A stretch of DNA of 64,000 nucleotides, from positions 96,001 through 160,000 of the forward strand of contig JAWSUS010000004.1 of NCBI GenBank assembly GCA_033549025.1, given 5' to 3'. Shown in pieces: positions 27,569 to 36,510 of the stretch. Under the pieces are notes generated by a model that was given only the letters and a program-made list of their open reading frames with translations, was not told where the DNA came from and made no database searches. Numbering within the stretch: the first letter of the stretch is position 1; each line of letters starts with the position of its first letter. The translations under genes and the position numbers were made by a program. The DNA comes from Desulfuromonadales bacterium (GTDB lineage Bacteria; Desulfobacterota; Desulfuromonadia; Desulfuromonadales; SZUA-540).

Positions 27569-29402
27569 AGTCGAGTTCCTTTTGGTAGATGGGGTCTTTG
27601 GGGTTGTCGTGGCAGACCAGACATAGGTTGACCGCCAGCACTTTCTTCACCTCTGCCCCATTGAGGGGCCGGGAGTTCTCGCGGGTGATGGCGGAAAAGG
27701 CCTTTACCTTGCCGTTCTCCATCGTCAGATAACCGTCCAGAGGCTTGCTGTCTGATTTTTCGCACAGCAGGGTCCCTTCGATGGTGGCGCCCTCGATGAC
27801 ATGCTGCCCAAAACCGAGGAAAGACGGATTGCCATGACACTCGGCGCAGCCGACAGCCCGGGTGCCGGTGTTGTGGCTGTAAAAGGGGGCGAAACGCAGC
27901 TGTTGGCGGTCGCCGAAGCGGGCCACGTACTCGTCCTTGCTCTTGCGGCCGTCGCGTTCGATGACGGTGACGAAGGTCTGGCAGCCCGGTGTCACCGGCG
28001 AAACCTTCCCGCGCTGGTTCAAGGCCAGGGGGAAGGGGTAAAGCATGCGAAAATCTTCTGTTTCGCTGAAGGCGCCGGGGGTGTCGTAGCCCTTGACAAA
28101 ATCGCGAGCGTTGCGGGTGAGGTCGTACTCGGTGTGACAACCGTAGCACTGCACCACCGTACGCGAATGGCAGCTGTAACATTCGAGGCGGTCGTGGCCG
28201 ACGATGGTGTGCTCCGGCGTGTCGGTGATGACCTTCGATTCATGTAGCTTACCGCTGCGCTTGCCCTGCAGCCAGATCTTGCCGTCCTGCTCGAAGACGT
28301 TGGCGTATTTGCGCCTCTTGGCTGTCAGCACCATGTTGGCGCCGTAGGTCATGGGCAGCTTGTAGCTGCGCGATTCTACCAAAGCGCTGTCGTTCTCACG
28401 GCTGATGGCTTCCAGCCGTGGGTGCTCCCGGGCGCCGCCGTGACAGTCTTCGCAGGCGGTCTCCGTCTGCAGATACATATTCTCGTAGGCGTAGCCATCC
28501 CCCATGACATCGCGGGAGGTGTGGCAGTCGATGCAGTCCATCCCCTTGGCGTGGTGGATGTCGGGGGCGATGCTGGTGACGTTGCGCACGCTGCCGATGA
28601 GTTCAGGGCCGGGGATGGCGTCTCGGGTGGGCACCAGGCTGTTGTTGCCGTCATTAAGGCCCTGGTAGGAGAGGGCGATGCGCCCACTGCGGTTGTGACA
28701 GCGGAAGCAGACCTTGTTGTCGGGCAGGGCGGCCATTTCATGGCTGGCCGAATAGGGCCACTTGCCATGCACCGTCTCGTCGCCGCCCTGGTAGGTGGCG
28801 TTGTCGTTGTAGGGGAAATGGCAGGCGGCGCAGCCCGCGCCATGGCTGCCCGTCCAAATCTGATTAGCTTCCTGGCCGACGTGGCAGAGTGAACAGCCCT
28901 TGCGATAGAGTTCACCGGCGAGATTGTTGAGGTCTTTGACGGGGTGCAGTTTTTGCGGGTCGCCCTTGGCGTCAAAAACCTCCTCCTGGCGGGTGCCGTA
29001 CAACTGGCCGTCTACACCCTCCCAGGTGAGTTGGGCGTTTTTGATGATGCCGGTGTTGGTGTACATCAGGTTGGAGCGGACCCGTTTCAGTTGGCTCTCG
29101 TGGCAGCCGCCGCAGCCCTTGTCCCAGAACGCGGGGTCTGCCGGATTCTTTTTGCCGAACATGCCCCGGTGGGCGGCGTCCTTGTTGTCGGTGCCGGGGT
29201 CGCCGCCGTGACAGGTCGTGCAGGCGCCGTGGGTGGGGGAGGCGAGCTCCAGCCCCTGGTGGCAGCTCTCGCAGCGGGACTCCTCGTCCTGGCTGGTGGT
29301 GCAGCCGATGGCGGATAAAAGGAGCAGGACAGCCAAGGCCCAATATGACAGAAGACGATGCAGCGGCATAGATTCAGTAATGATGGATGATGGCGATTTC
29401 AC
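27519..29402 (-). CDS. extM: Dodecaheme c-type cytochrome lipoprotein, ExtM-like
   Basis: 12 CxxCH counted; lipobox-like AIGC. Start is uncertain (29402 or 29369). Confidence 0.82.
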   Translation of the reverse strand: MKSPSSIITESMPLHRLLSYWALAVLLLLSAIGCTTSQDEESRCESCHQGLELASPTHGACTTCHGGDPGTDNKDAAHRGMFGKKNPADPAFWDKGCGGCHESQLKRVRSNLMYTNTGIIKNAQLTWEGVDGQLYGTRQEEVFDAKGDPQKLHPVKDLNNLAGELYRKGCSLCHVGQEANQIWTGSHGAGCAACHFPYNDNATYQGGDETVHGKWPYSASHEMAALPDNKVCFRCHNRSGRIALSYQGLNDGNNSLVPTRDAIPGPELIGSVRNVTSIAPDIHHAKGMDCIDCHTSRDVMGDGYAYENMYLQTETACEDCHGGAREHPRLEAISRENDSALVESRSYKLPMTYGANMVLTAKRRKYANVFEQDGKIWLQGKRSGKLHESKVITDTPEHTIVGHDRLECYSCHSRTVVQCYGCHTEYDLTRNARDFVKGYDTPGAFSETEDFRMLYPFPLALNQRGKVSPVTPGCQTFVTVIERDGRKSKDEYVARFGDRQQLRFAPFYSHNTGTRAVGCAECHGNPSFLGFGQHVIEGATIEGTLLCEKSDSKPLDGYLTMENGKVKAFSAITRENSRPLNGAEVKKVLAVNLCLVCHDNPKDPIYQKELDYGALDRCLERSVPARP

Positions 29403-29486
29403 GAGATGAAAAGACTTCCGGTATCTTAACCGAAGTCCTCCGGGACAACCAGTAAAAAGGTCGGCGGTGAAGCGTCGATGTTCACG

Positions 29487-29536
29487 AAAAAAAGCGGCTG
29501 ACCGGATATCTCAGCGGGAAGAATCCGGCCAGCCGC
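29487..29536 (-). terminator. Intra-operon terminator-like hairpin after extKL
   Basis: Minus strand GCGGCTGGCCGGAT...ATCCGGTCAGCCGC followed by T7. Confidence 0.65.
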
Positions 29537-29579
29537 GCATGGCAAGGTGGTTCATTGTCAGGAGGGCTACGGCCAGTGC

Positions 29580-30896
29580 TTAAAGTTTACTGACCTTCAC
29601 CGTTTTGACCTCTTCCTTCCAGAGGAAGGGGTCGCTCTGCTTGTTGCCGTAAGGCAGATACCAGAGCTGCACTTTCAGTTCCATTTCCGTTTGCCCTTCG
29701 GGGAAGCGGATTTCAAAGTGTTCCTTGACTTTCTTTCCCGGGTGTAGCCCGGTGTCGGCAATGATGCCGCTCTTCTCGTAGGGGCCGCGGCCCATTTCGT
29801 CGCCCCGCGCAAATTTCTGCGGGATAGGCATGTAGATCTTGTCCTGATTGTAAACTTCCTGACCATCCTTCGTTGTAGCGATTACCGACAGAACCAGTCG
29901 GTTGGGGGTCGGTCAGCCATCGGGGATGGCGTGGCCGGTGCGGTTGGTCATGGCCACGTCAAGCATGACCTGAGGCACCACATTACGGCCGTCACGCCAG
30001 TTCATAGCATTGGCATGGACTTCAAACTCCACGGCCCGATCCGCCATGCCTTTGTCGCGGTAGCTCTGCATGTTGTGGCCGAGCCCGCTCTCTTGCATGT
30101 GACACTCCTGGCAGGTCTGGTCGCCGCCGCCGGCTACGTAGGACCAGAGGTAGCTGCCATAGGCCGTGGCGCACTGAGTGGGGTTGTCCAGCTCCAGGTT
30201 GGGCCCGAGGCCGTGACACTGGCCGCAGAGGATCGACTCCTTCATGATGGGGCTGGCCTTCATGACCGGGAAGTCGGCATCCATGTGTTCGCCGTCCACG
30301 TTACCGTAGACCACGCCGGCCTGCGGATAGCCGTCGGCCCACTTGTGGGTGATGGCCATGCGGTTGTGGCAGACCAGGCAGTTGATGTTGAGCTTGAGCA
30401 GGGTTTCCTTCTTGGCTTCGAAGGTCTTCATGTCGTCTTCGGCGTAGGCGTTCATGAAGTCGTAGATGGTGCCGACGAATTCCTTGGCCACGGCGTCGGT
30501 GGCGTCAGCCAGCTGGGGCAGGTGGCACTTGGCGCAGCCCATCAGGTGTTCGACTTCGACATCCTTGGGGTCGGTGACGCCCGAATAGGCCCAGGACATA
30601 AAGCCGTTGGTAAAGGCGGTCTTGAAAGTGGCGGCGGTACGGCCGGTGCCGTACACCGAGCGGGAGTGAGCCGATTGGGCCCACTCGTCATGCGCCTCCT
30701 GGTGGCAGTCGACGCAGGAGCTCGAATCGTACATGTCGATCAGCTCCTGCAGGGTGTTCGCTTTGCCTTTTTTGGCGGCGATGGTGCCGTCCTTGCCGAT
30801 GCCCGCCGCCTCGCTGGGAGAGGGAGCCAGGCCAAAGGTGGCAGCCGCCAGGAAAGCGAGACCCCAGATACTAAGAGTCCTTCCTGTCGCGTTCAT
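29580..30896 (-). CDS. extKL: Five-heme c-type cytochrome selenoprotein ExtKL (in-frame UGA = Sec at 29913-29915), 438 aa
   Basis: ORFs 29913-30896 and 29580-29831 are in one frame and join without another stop: [40 protein letters not shown]. 5 CxxCH; SECIS-like hairpin 10 nt downstream of the UGA. Confidence 0.9.
29884..29902 (-). promoter_or_regulatory. Bacterial SECIS-like stem-loop
   Basis: mRNA ACCGAC-UGGUUCU-GUCGGU, starting 10 nt after the UGA, with G in the apical loop. Confidence 0.75.
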
Positions 30897-30937
30897 ATCC
30901 GTTCCATTTCATATTTGGGTTGTTTGGTGCAGTTCAG

Positions 30938-30981
30938 AAAAAAATCAGGGCAGATCAGGCCCATTTAAGCCCGACCTGCCC
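30938..30981 (-). terminator. Hairpin with U-tract between extJ and extKL
   Basis: Minus strand GGGCAGGTCGGGC-loop-GCCTGATCTGCCC then TGATTTTTTT. Confidence 0.5.
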
Positions 30982-30993
30982 CGAGGGTGGGAA

Positions 30994-31236
30994 TTAGCAG
31001 CCCATCAGCATGTCTTTGCCTTTTTTAGGGGCGGCTTTCTTCTCTTCTTTTTCTTTCTTTACTTCCACTTTCACGGCATCGCCGACGCTCACGTCAGCCG
31101 CATCGCCTTTTTCCACTTCAATAGTGACCGTTTTGCCGCTGACGGCGGTGACCTTGCCTTTAAGCTCGGCTTCGTCAGCGAAGGCGACGCCGGCGCTCAG
31201 CAGGGTGATAGCGGTCAGAATAAGCAGTTTTTTCAT
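30994..31236 (-). CDS. extJ: Small periplasmic protein ExtJ-like with C-terminal GC
   Basis: Signal peptide (AFA|DE), small beta-rich core, Lys/Glu linker, ends MLMGC. Confidence 0.82.
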   Translation of the reverse strand: MKKLLILTAITLLSAGVAFADEAELKGKVTAVSGKTVTIEVEKGDAADVSVGDAVKVEVKKEKEEKKAAPKKGKDMLMGC

Positions 31237-31268
31237 GGTTTCTCTCCTTTTTTACTATTCAGCAGAGG

Positions 31269-32453
31269 TTAAAAAATCAGCTGCAGCTGGGCAGCCAGGG
31301 TGTTGATATCCTCGGTCTTCTCGCCACCGAAGAACCCTTCCTGGTCGAAGTCTGCCACAGAATACTCAACAGTCAACTTGAGATCCTGGCCGCGCAGATA
31401 ATAGTTGAAGCCAGCGGCGTAGGCGGTGATTTCCTGGTCAACCACATTGTTCAAGGTGGCAAAAGACCAGTCTTCATAACGGGCGAAGATCTGCAGCGGA
31501 GTGTTGGGCAGCATGTAGCCGGCCTTGTAGTAAGAGCCGTTTTTCTCGCCGTTGATGCCGGTGAGGCCGGTAGCGGTGTTGGTCTGGTAAGCGTCGTCGA
31601 GATCATAGTCGACGTAGGCGCCGGACAGGGTGAAGGTGCCGACATCTTCGACCGGATACTCGAAGAAGCCGTCCACGGTCCAGGCGGCGTAATCGACGGA
31701 ACCGCTATTGGGAGCTTCGTACTCGACGTCAGACTCGAACTGGTAGGCGGCGCCCACGGTGAGGACCTTCTTCTCGCCCATGTAGGTGCCTTTGTAGCCG
31801 TAGCCGGTCTCTTTGTCGAACAGGCTCACATGACCGCGTGCGCTGTAGCGCAGGTTCGATTTGGGGGTGGAGTCGCTGTCGTTGCGGCCGTTCATGGCGT
31901 CAACGCGGTACTGGAACATGCCGTCAGCCAGATTGCCCCACACGGCCACCCCTTTGTCGCGGGTGCTGACATAAGGGGCGCGGATGAAGTACGACCGGTC
32001 GAGGGTCAGGGGCGCCTCGCAGGCTTCGAGGTTTTCACGGGTCAGGTTGTATTTGAACTGACCGACCCAGATGTTGACCTGCTCGTTGAGCTTGAAGCGC
32101 ATGACGGCATCCAGAATGCGGAAATCCGAGTTGTCGCCGTCACTGACGGAAATAGATCTGATGTTGTTGTCCTCGTTGAATTCGGTCTGCACATAGAGGC
32201 CGAAGTTGGAGCCGTAGGCGCCCATGAGGGCCAGACGGTTGCGACGGAAGTTGAACTCGCTGGCCGACTCGTCATTGTTCTCACCGGCGCCGGTGTCACG
32301 ATGGTTGAACTGGAACTGACCTTTGTACTCCAGTTTGAGCAGGCCCTGGTCCTCGGGACCAAACTGCCAGACGGGTCCGGCCACGGCCGTAGAGGCCAAC
32401 AGCATCATGCCCGCGAGGGAAGTTACGATATGACGTAGTTTCACGGTATTCAC
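31269..32453 (-). CDS. extI: Outer-membrane porin (OprO/P-like), ExtI
   Basis: Signal peptide, FNFRRNRL, amphipathic strands and C-terminal QLQLIF; lies between rhodanese and extJ. Confidence 0.85.
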   Translation of the reverse strand: MNTVKLRHIVTSLAGMMLLASTAVAGPVWQFGPEDQGLLKLEYKGQFQFNHRDTGAGENNDESASEFNFRRNRLALMGAYGSNFGLYVQTEFNEDNNIRSISVSDGDNSDFRILDAVMRFKLNEQVNIWVGQFKYNLTRENLEACEAPLTLDRSYFIRAPYVSTRDKGVAVWGNLADGMFQYRVDAMNGRNDSDSTPKSNLRYSARGHVSLFDKETGYGYKGTYMGEKKVLTVGAAYQFESDVEYEAPNSGSVDYAAWTVDGFFEYPVEDVGTFTLSGAYVDYDLDDAYQTNTATGLTGINGEKNGSYYKAGYMLPNTPLQIFARYEDWSFATLNNVVDQEITAYAAGFNYYLRGQDLKLTVEYSVADFDQEGFFGGEKTEDINTLAAQLQLIF

Positions 32454-32496
32454 TCCTTTATGGAAAGTTCCGAATTTCAGATATAGCTCAAATTAC

Positions 32497-33891
32497 TTAG
32501 CACAGAGGCGCATCGCTACCGCTAACAGGCGTAGCCGGACCACTTTCGGCGCCGCCACTGGAAATATAAGCGTCATCCGTCGTTTCAACCTGGTTGGTTT
32601 CGGCCGCGCCCGGCGCGTACCAGTTCTCAAGGTCAGCGCTGAAGGGAGTCCGGTAGATGTCGCTAATTGTCAAGGGGACTATAGAGTCATCTGCGAGTTT
32701 CTTTGTGTTACCGTTTGTAGCATTGTACGAAGGTCCTGTTGTCCCGTCGGTGGAGACCACGTATTGCGAAAGATCCCAAAGGCTCCCAATGGGAAGTCCA
32801 GCGCCGGTCACACTATCGTATCCATCTTCGGCAACGGTGCCGGTAATGGCGGCGTACTGGCCCGCGGTGCTCCAAGAGCCGTCAAAGACCTGGACGGGGC
32901 TACCGAGGATGGCTTCAAGTGCGAAGTAGATCGGGGTGCAGGAGTAGCCGGAAGTGCAGTATGTGATAACTGGCAGGCCCGGTTCCCAGCCCACGGCTTC
33001 AAAAAGGCTTGTAAGATCGTTGGTGGTGTCGGCGTCATCGTCGCTGACAGGCTTGAATTTGCCGTCAGAGCCGAAAAGGGTCCCTTGGGACAACGCTACG
33101 CCGCCAGCGGGGCGACCTTCAAAAACGACGAAATTGCTACCCATTAGGGAGCCAGTCGCGGCTGTACCGTAGAACCCGGAGGTTGTAGAGGTCAGGGAGG
33201 CGCGGGCGTCCATAGTCAGGTAATCGACGCCGTTGACTTCATCTGAGTCCAGTTTGGCAATGAGTTCACCGATGGAAACGCGCAGGTCGCTGTTCAGGGT
33301 CCCCAGATTCTTGACGCTGTAAGTCGAGGGTGTAGGCTCTGGAACTTCTGCAGTCAGTTCAAAACCATCAGCAGCCCAGGCATTATAGCCCCCGTTAAGC
33401 ACTTTCAGGCGTTCCTGAGGGAATCCCCAGTAGCGGAATGTCCAGTAGACGCGGGTTTCAAGATACATAGACCCGGAAGTGACGAAAACGATAGTGGTGT
33501 TCTCGTCGATTCCCAGGCGCTGGATGACGGCGTCCATTTGCTCGCCGGTGGCAACCATTGATCCTGCTGGAGCCAGGCCATCAAGGCGGGTGCCGCGCAA
33601 TTCATTGGTGCCAACACGACAGGCTCCGGGTATCCGGTCACCACTGCTGCCGTACTCGAGGATAACAACCTTATCGTTGAAACTGCTGTCAGTATTGACC
33701 AGGCCCTGATCAATCCAGGCCTTAAGGGTAGCTGGTTCAATAAGTACATCTGTGGCTGAGCCAGCCACCGGGGTGTTGGTGACGGTCGTTGGGGTATCAT
33801 AGCTGTCCGACCCGCAACCCCACATGACCACAGAGGTCAGCAGAGCCAGGGTCACCATCATAAACGATTTTCTGAACGTGCTCAGATTCAT
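32497..33891 (-). CDS. extH: Tandem-rhodanese lipoprotein ExtH-like
   Basis: Lipobox VMWGC; RVYWTFRYWG, LNGGYNAW, active-loop YCTSGY and FDGSWS motifs; ends with Cys. Confidence 0.82.
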   Translation of the reverse strand: MNLSTFRKSFMMVTLALLTSVVMWGCGSDSYDTPTTVTNTPVAGSATDVLIEPATLKAWIDQGLVNTDSSFNDKVVILEYGSSGDRIPGACRVGTNELRGTRLDGLAPAGSMVATGEQMDAVIQRLGIDENTTIVFVTSGSMYLETRVYWTFRYWGFPQERLKVLNGGYNAWAADGFELTAEVPEPTPSTYSVKNLGTLNSDLRVSIGELIAKLDSDEVNGVDYLTMDARASLTSTTSGFYGTAATGSLMGSNFVVFEGRPAGGVALSQGTLFGSDGKFKPVSDDDADTTNDLTSLFEAVGWEPGLPVITYCTSGYSCTPIYFALEAILGSPVQVFDGSWSTAGQYAAITGTVAEDGYDSVTGAGLPIGSLWDLSQYVVSTDGTTGPSYNATNGNTKKLADDSIVPLTISDIYRTPFSADLENWYAPGAAETNQVETTDDAYISSGGAESGPATPVSGSDAPLC

Positions 33892-34045
33892 GATTAGGTG
33901 CCTCCAAAGTTAGATTCGATACCGCTTGTGTTCGTTACCTTGGTCCAGTTTGTTAAGGTCCTTTCCCGGGCAACCTCCTTTCTCATTTGTGTTTTGCCGA
34001 TGTTCAACTCGTATGGCCGGCCACCGAGGCGCGGCCTCTCAGTGC

Positions 34046-34633
34046 TCAGATCGCCTTGATTGCCGCCCAGGCGTTCTCGATAATCAGGTCGCCGATCTCC
34101 GTCAGCGGTTCTTCCAGTACACAGATCAGGCGCAGTTCGGCGGCGCGCAGGATGACGCCGGTGTAGGCCGCGCCCAGAATGTAAACCTCGCCCGCTTTGA
34201 TCTCGCCGTCTTCGATGCCTTTACGCACGATAGTCTGTACCCGTCGAAAAGGATCGGTGAAGCAGAGGGGCGGTTCTATCGATTTGAGATCGCCCTGGTT
34301 GATGAAGAGCATGTAGCCCATCATGTCAGGGTCGTTCTCGGTAATCTCGAAAATCAGCCGGGCAAAGACCGCGAGTTTGTCCCGGGCGGTCTTCTTGTCT
34401 GCCAGGCGTTGGTCGAATTCCTGGTAAAAGTCGTCCAGGGTCTGCTTGCGTATAAAGCTGACCAGGTTCTCCTTGCTGCCGAAGTGGTGATAGATCGCAC
34501 CGGTGCTGGTGCCCGAGGCCTTGACGATCATGGGAATGGAAACATGGTGAACGCCATTCTTGACAAAAAGACTGCGGGCAACTTTGACGATTTGGTCATG
34601 CTTAACTTGTGGTTTGGGAAGGGTTGTAGCCAC
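34046..34633 (-). CDS. TetR/AcrR-family regulator at the head of the ext cluster
   Basis: SIPMIVKASGTSTGAIYHHFGSKE HTH; GTG start with GGAG SD. Confidence 0.88.
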   Translation of the reverse strand: MATTLPKPQVKHDQIVKVARSLFVKNGVHHVSIPMIVKASGTSTGAIYHHFGSKENLVSFIRKQTLDDFYQEFDQRLADKKTARDKLAVFARLIFEITENDPDMMGYMLFINQGDLKSIEPPLCFTDPFRRVQTIVRKGIEDGEIKAGEVYILGAAYTGVILRAAELRLICVLEEPLTEIGDLIIENAWAAIKAI

Positions 34634-34649
34634 CTAAATAACTCCAGAA

Positions 34650-34663
34650 AGAATGTTCGTTCT
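34650..34663. promoter_or_regulatory. Palindromic operator AGAATG-TT-CGTTCT (copy 2)
   Basis: One mismatch from the 23384-23395 core; immediately downstream of a sigma54-like site. Confidence 0.6.
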
Positions 34664-34676
34664 GTTTTTCTCTGAG

Positions 34677-34693
34677 AGCATAATTTGTGCCCA
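34677..34693 (-). promoter_or_regulatory. sigma54 -24/-12 promoter of the tetR-ext unit
   Basis: Minus strand TGGGCAC-AAATT-ATGCT (GG-N10-GC). Confidence 0.55.
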
Positions 34694-35022
34694 AGAAATG
34701 GTCGAATGGGGCGTTTTAATAGATTGGGATGTTTGAATTCTTGTTAAATCCACATGTTGCGGTGTTTTAATGTCTTTACAGTTTTATCTTGGAAGGGGCG
34801 GGACTGTGGTGTCGCCTGTGCCGCGATTTTGCTGGGAAGGCTGCTTTGGTGGTAAACCCGTGGAGGGAGTGGTCAGCTTGATTGCGGCTGGTCATTTGGC
34901 TGCATTATACAGGTTAAATCACGGAGTCAAGCGAGGCTAAGATATTGTTATATAAGTATTTTTGTTTATAGAGGTATTTGGATTAAGCGAATCGTTTGAC
35001 GCTGCCCAGGCAGAAATGGCCC

Positions 35023-35050
35023 TTGACAGGATGGGCGGAAAAGGTATGAT
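35023..35050 (+). promoter_or_regulatory. sigma70-like promoter of the mob/mod operon
   Basis: TTGACA-16 nt-TATGAT. Confidence 0.55.
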
Positions 35051-35087
35051 TTTGCCGTTGTGCAAAATACGCATATCGGAGGATAGC

Positions 35088-35672
35088 TTGGCAGAATTCG
35101 AGGATGTGACCGGCGTCTTGCTGGCTGGTGGGCAGAGCCAGCGCATGGGGCGTGACAAGGCGACGCTGCCTGTTGGCGGGGTACCGCTTTACCGGCGCGC
35201 CCTGAGGGTGCTGCGGAGCCTTTTCGCCCAGGTTCTCATCGCCGGCGACCGCCCTGATCTGGCTGGCGAGGGTGTGCCCTGCTATGGCGACATCTATCCC
35301 GGCAGCTCCCTCGGCGGGCTCTATACGGGGCTGCTGCGGGCAAGCACGCCCTTCATATTCGTCGCGGCCTGCGACATGCCCTCGCCCGACCCTGCTCTTA
35401 TCCGCAGTCTGCTGTCCTGGCGCCGCGACTTCGACGTGGTGGTGCCGCGCACGCCGGCGGGGCTGGAGCCCCTCTTCGCCTGCTACGGCAAGGGGTGCCT
35501 GGCACCCATGGAAGAGCTGCTGCGGCAGGGCCGCTACCGCATTTACGATTTTTACGACCAGGTGCGCGTTCGTTACGTGGAGGCGGACGAACTGCCCTCC
35601 GGCTGGCAGCAGGCCCTGCGCAACGTCAATACCCCCGCCGACATGGCGACCATCAAGGAGGAACTGTCATGA
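35088..35672 (+). CDS. mobA: Molybdenum cofactor guanylyltransferase
   Basis: LLAGGQSQRMGRDKA, ACDMP, EPLFACY and NVNTPAD motifs; TTG start after GGAGGA. Confidence 0.9.
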   Translation: MAEFEDVTGVLLAGGQSQRMGRDKATLPVGGVPLYRRALRVLRSLFAQVLIAGDRPDLAGEGVPCYGDIYPGSSLGGLYTGLLRASTPFIFVAACDMPSPDPALIRSLLSWRRDFDVVVPRTPAGLEPLFACYGKGCLAPMEELLRQGRYRIYDFYDQVRVRYVEADELPSGWQQALRNVNTPADMATIKEELS

Positions 35673-36178
35673 ACGTACCCGTTGTTTCGGTCGTGGCCAA
35701 AAGCGGCACCGGCAAGACGACCCTGCTGGAGAAGCTCATTGCCGGCCTGAAGGGGCGCGGCTACCGGGTGGGGGCGCTCAAGCACGACGCCCACCGCTTC
35801 GAGATGGATCACGAGGGCAAGGATTCCTGGCGGCTGACCCAGGCCGGCGCCGCCACCACCGTGATCACCTCGCCGGCCAAGATTGCCATGATCAAGATGA
35901 ACCGCGACGCCCAGGAGCCGCCGCTGGAGGAGACGATCCAGCGGCTTTTCGCCGATGTGGACATCGTGATGACCGAGGGCTTCAAGAAGAGCGCCATGCC
36001 CAAGATCGAAGTGCACCGCACCGCCCGCAGCGAACGTCTGCTCTGCCGGGATGAAGAGCACGACCCCACCCTTATCGCCGTGGCCTCCGACGCCGGACTG
36101 CAGCTGGATGTGCCGGTCTTTCATATCGATGACGCCGAAGCGATCTGCGATTTCATCGAAGCGCGGTTTTTGCGGTGA
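35669..36178 (+). CDS. mobB: Molybdopterin-guanine dinucleotide biosynthesis protein B
   Basis: SGTGKTTLLEKLI, KHDAH, GKDSWR and EGFK motifs. Confidence 0.92.
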   Translation: MNVPVVSVVAKSGTGKTTLLEKLIAGLKGRGYRVGALKHDAHRFEMDHEGKDSWRLTQAGAATTVITSPAKIAMIKMNRDAQEPPLEETIQRLFADVDIVMTEGFKKSAMPKIEVHRTARSERLLCRDEEHDPTLIAVASDAGLQLDVPVFHIDDAEAICDFIEARFLR

Positions 36179-36510
36179 CCACTGTGCAGGCCCGTTCGAA
36201 AGTCTGGCTGGAGGTCGACGGTCAGCCGCTCTTGGGAGATGGCCGCGAACGCCTTCTGCGCCTGGTGCATGAAACGGGCTCCATCAGTGCGGCGGCCCGG
36301 GCGATGGGCGTCTCGTACCGCAAAGCCTGGACCCAGCTGCAATGCATGGAGGACCTGCTGACTTGGCCGTTGCTGGTGCGGCAGAAGGGTGGGGCGCAGA
36401 AGGGGAAAACGTCCTTGACGCCTGAAGCCCTGGAGCTGTTGCAGCAGTTCGACGACCTCAAGCAAGGGGTGCGCGAGTTTGTCGATGCCCGCTATCGGGA
36501 GGTCTTCTGA
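36175..36510 (+). CDS. modE: ModE-type winged-helix protein lacking molybdate-binding domains
   Basis: GSISAAARAMGVSYRKAW and GG..G...LT; only 111 aa. Confidence 0.8.
   Translation: MTTVQARSKVWLEVDGQPLLGDGRERLLRLVHETGSISAAARAMGVSYRKAWTQLQCMEDLLTWPLLVRQKGGAQKGKTSLTPEALELLQQFDDLKQGVREFVDARYREVF

Noticed and set aside
29580..29831. 83-aa ORF as an independent gene, or extKL as a nonsense pseudogene
   Set aside because: It is in frame with the upstream cytochrome across a single UGA with a SECIS-like hairpin. Sec recoding explains it better.
34944..34972. Possible ModE box (ATTGTTATATA...) upstream of mobA
   Set aside because: Only one half-site resembles the consensus; there is no matching second half at the expected spacing.
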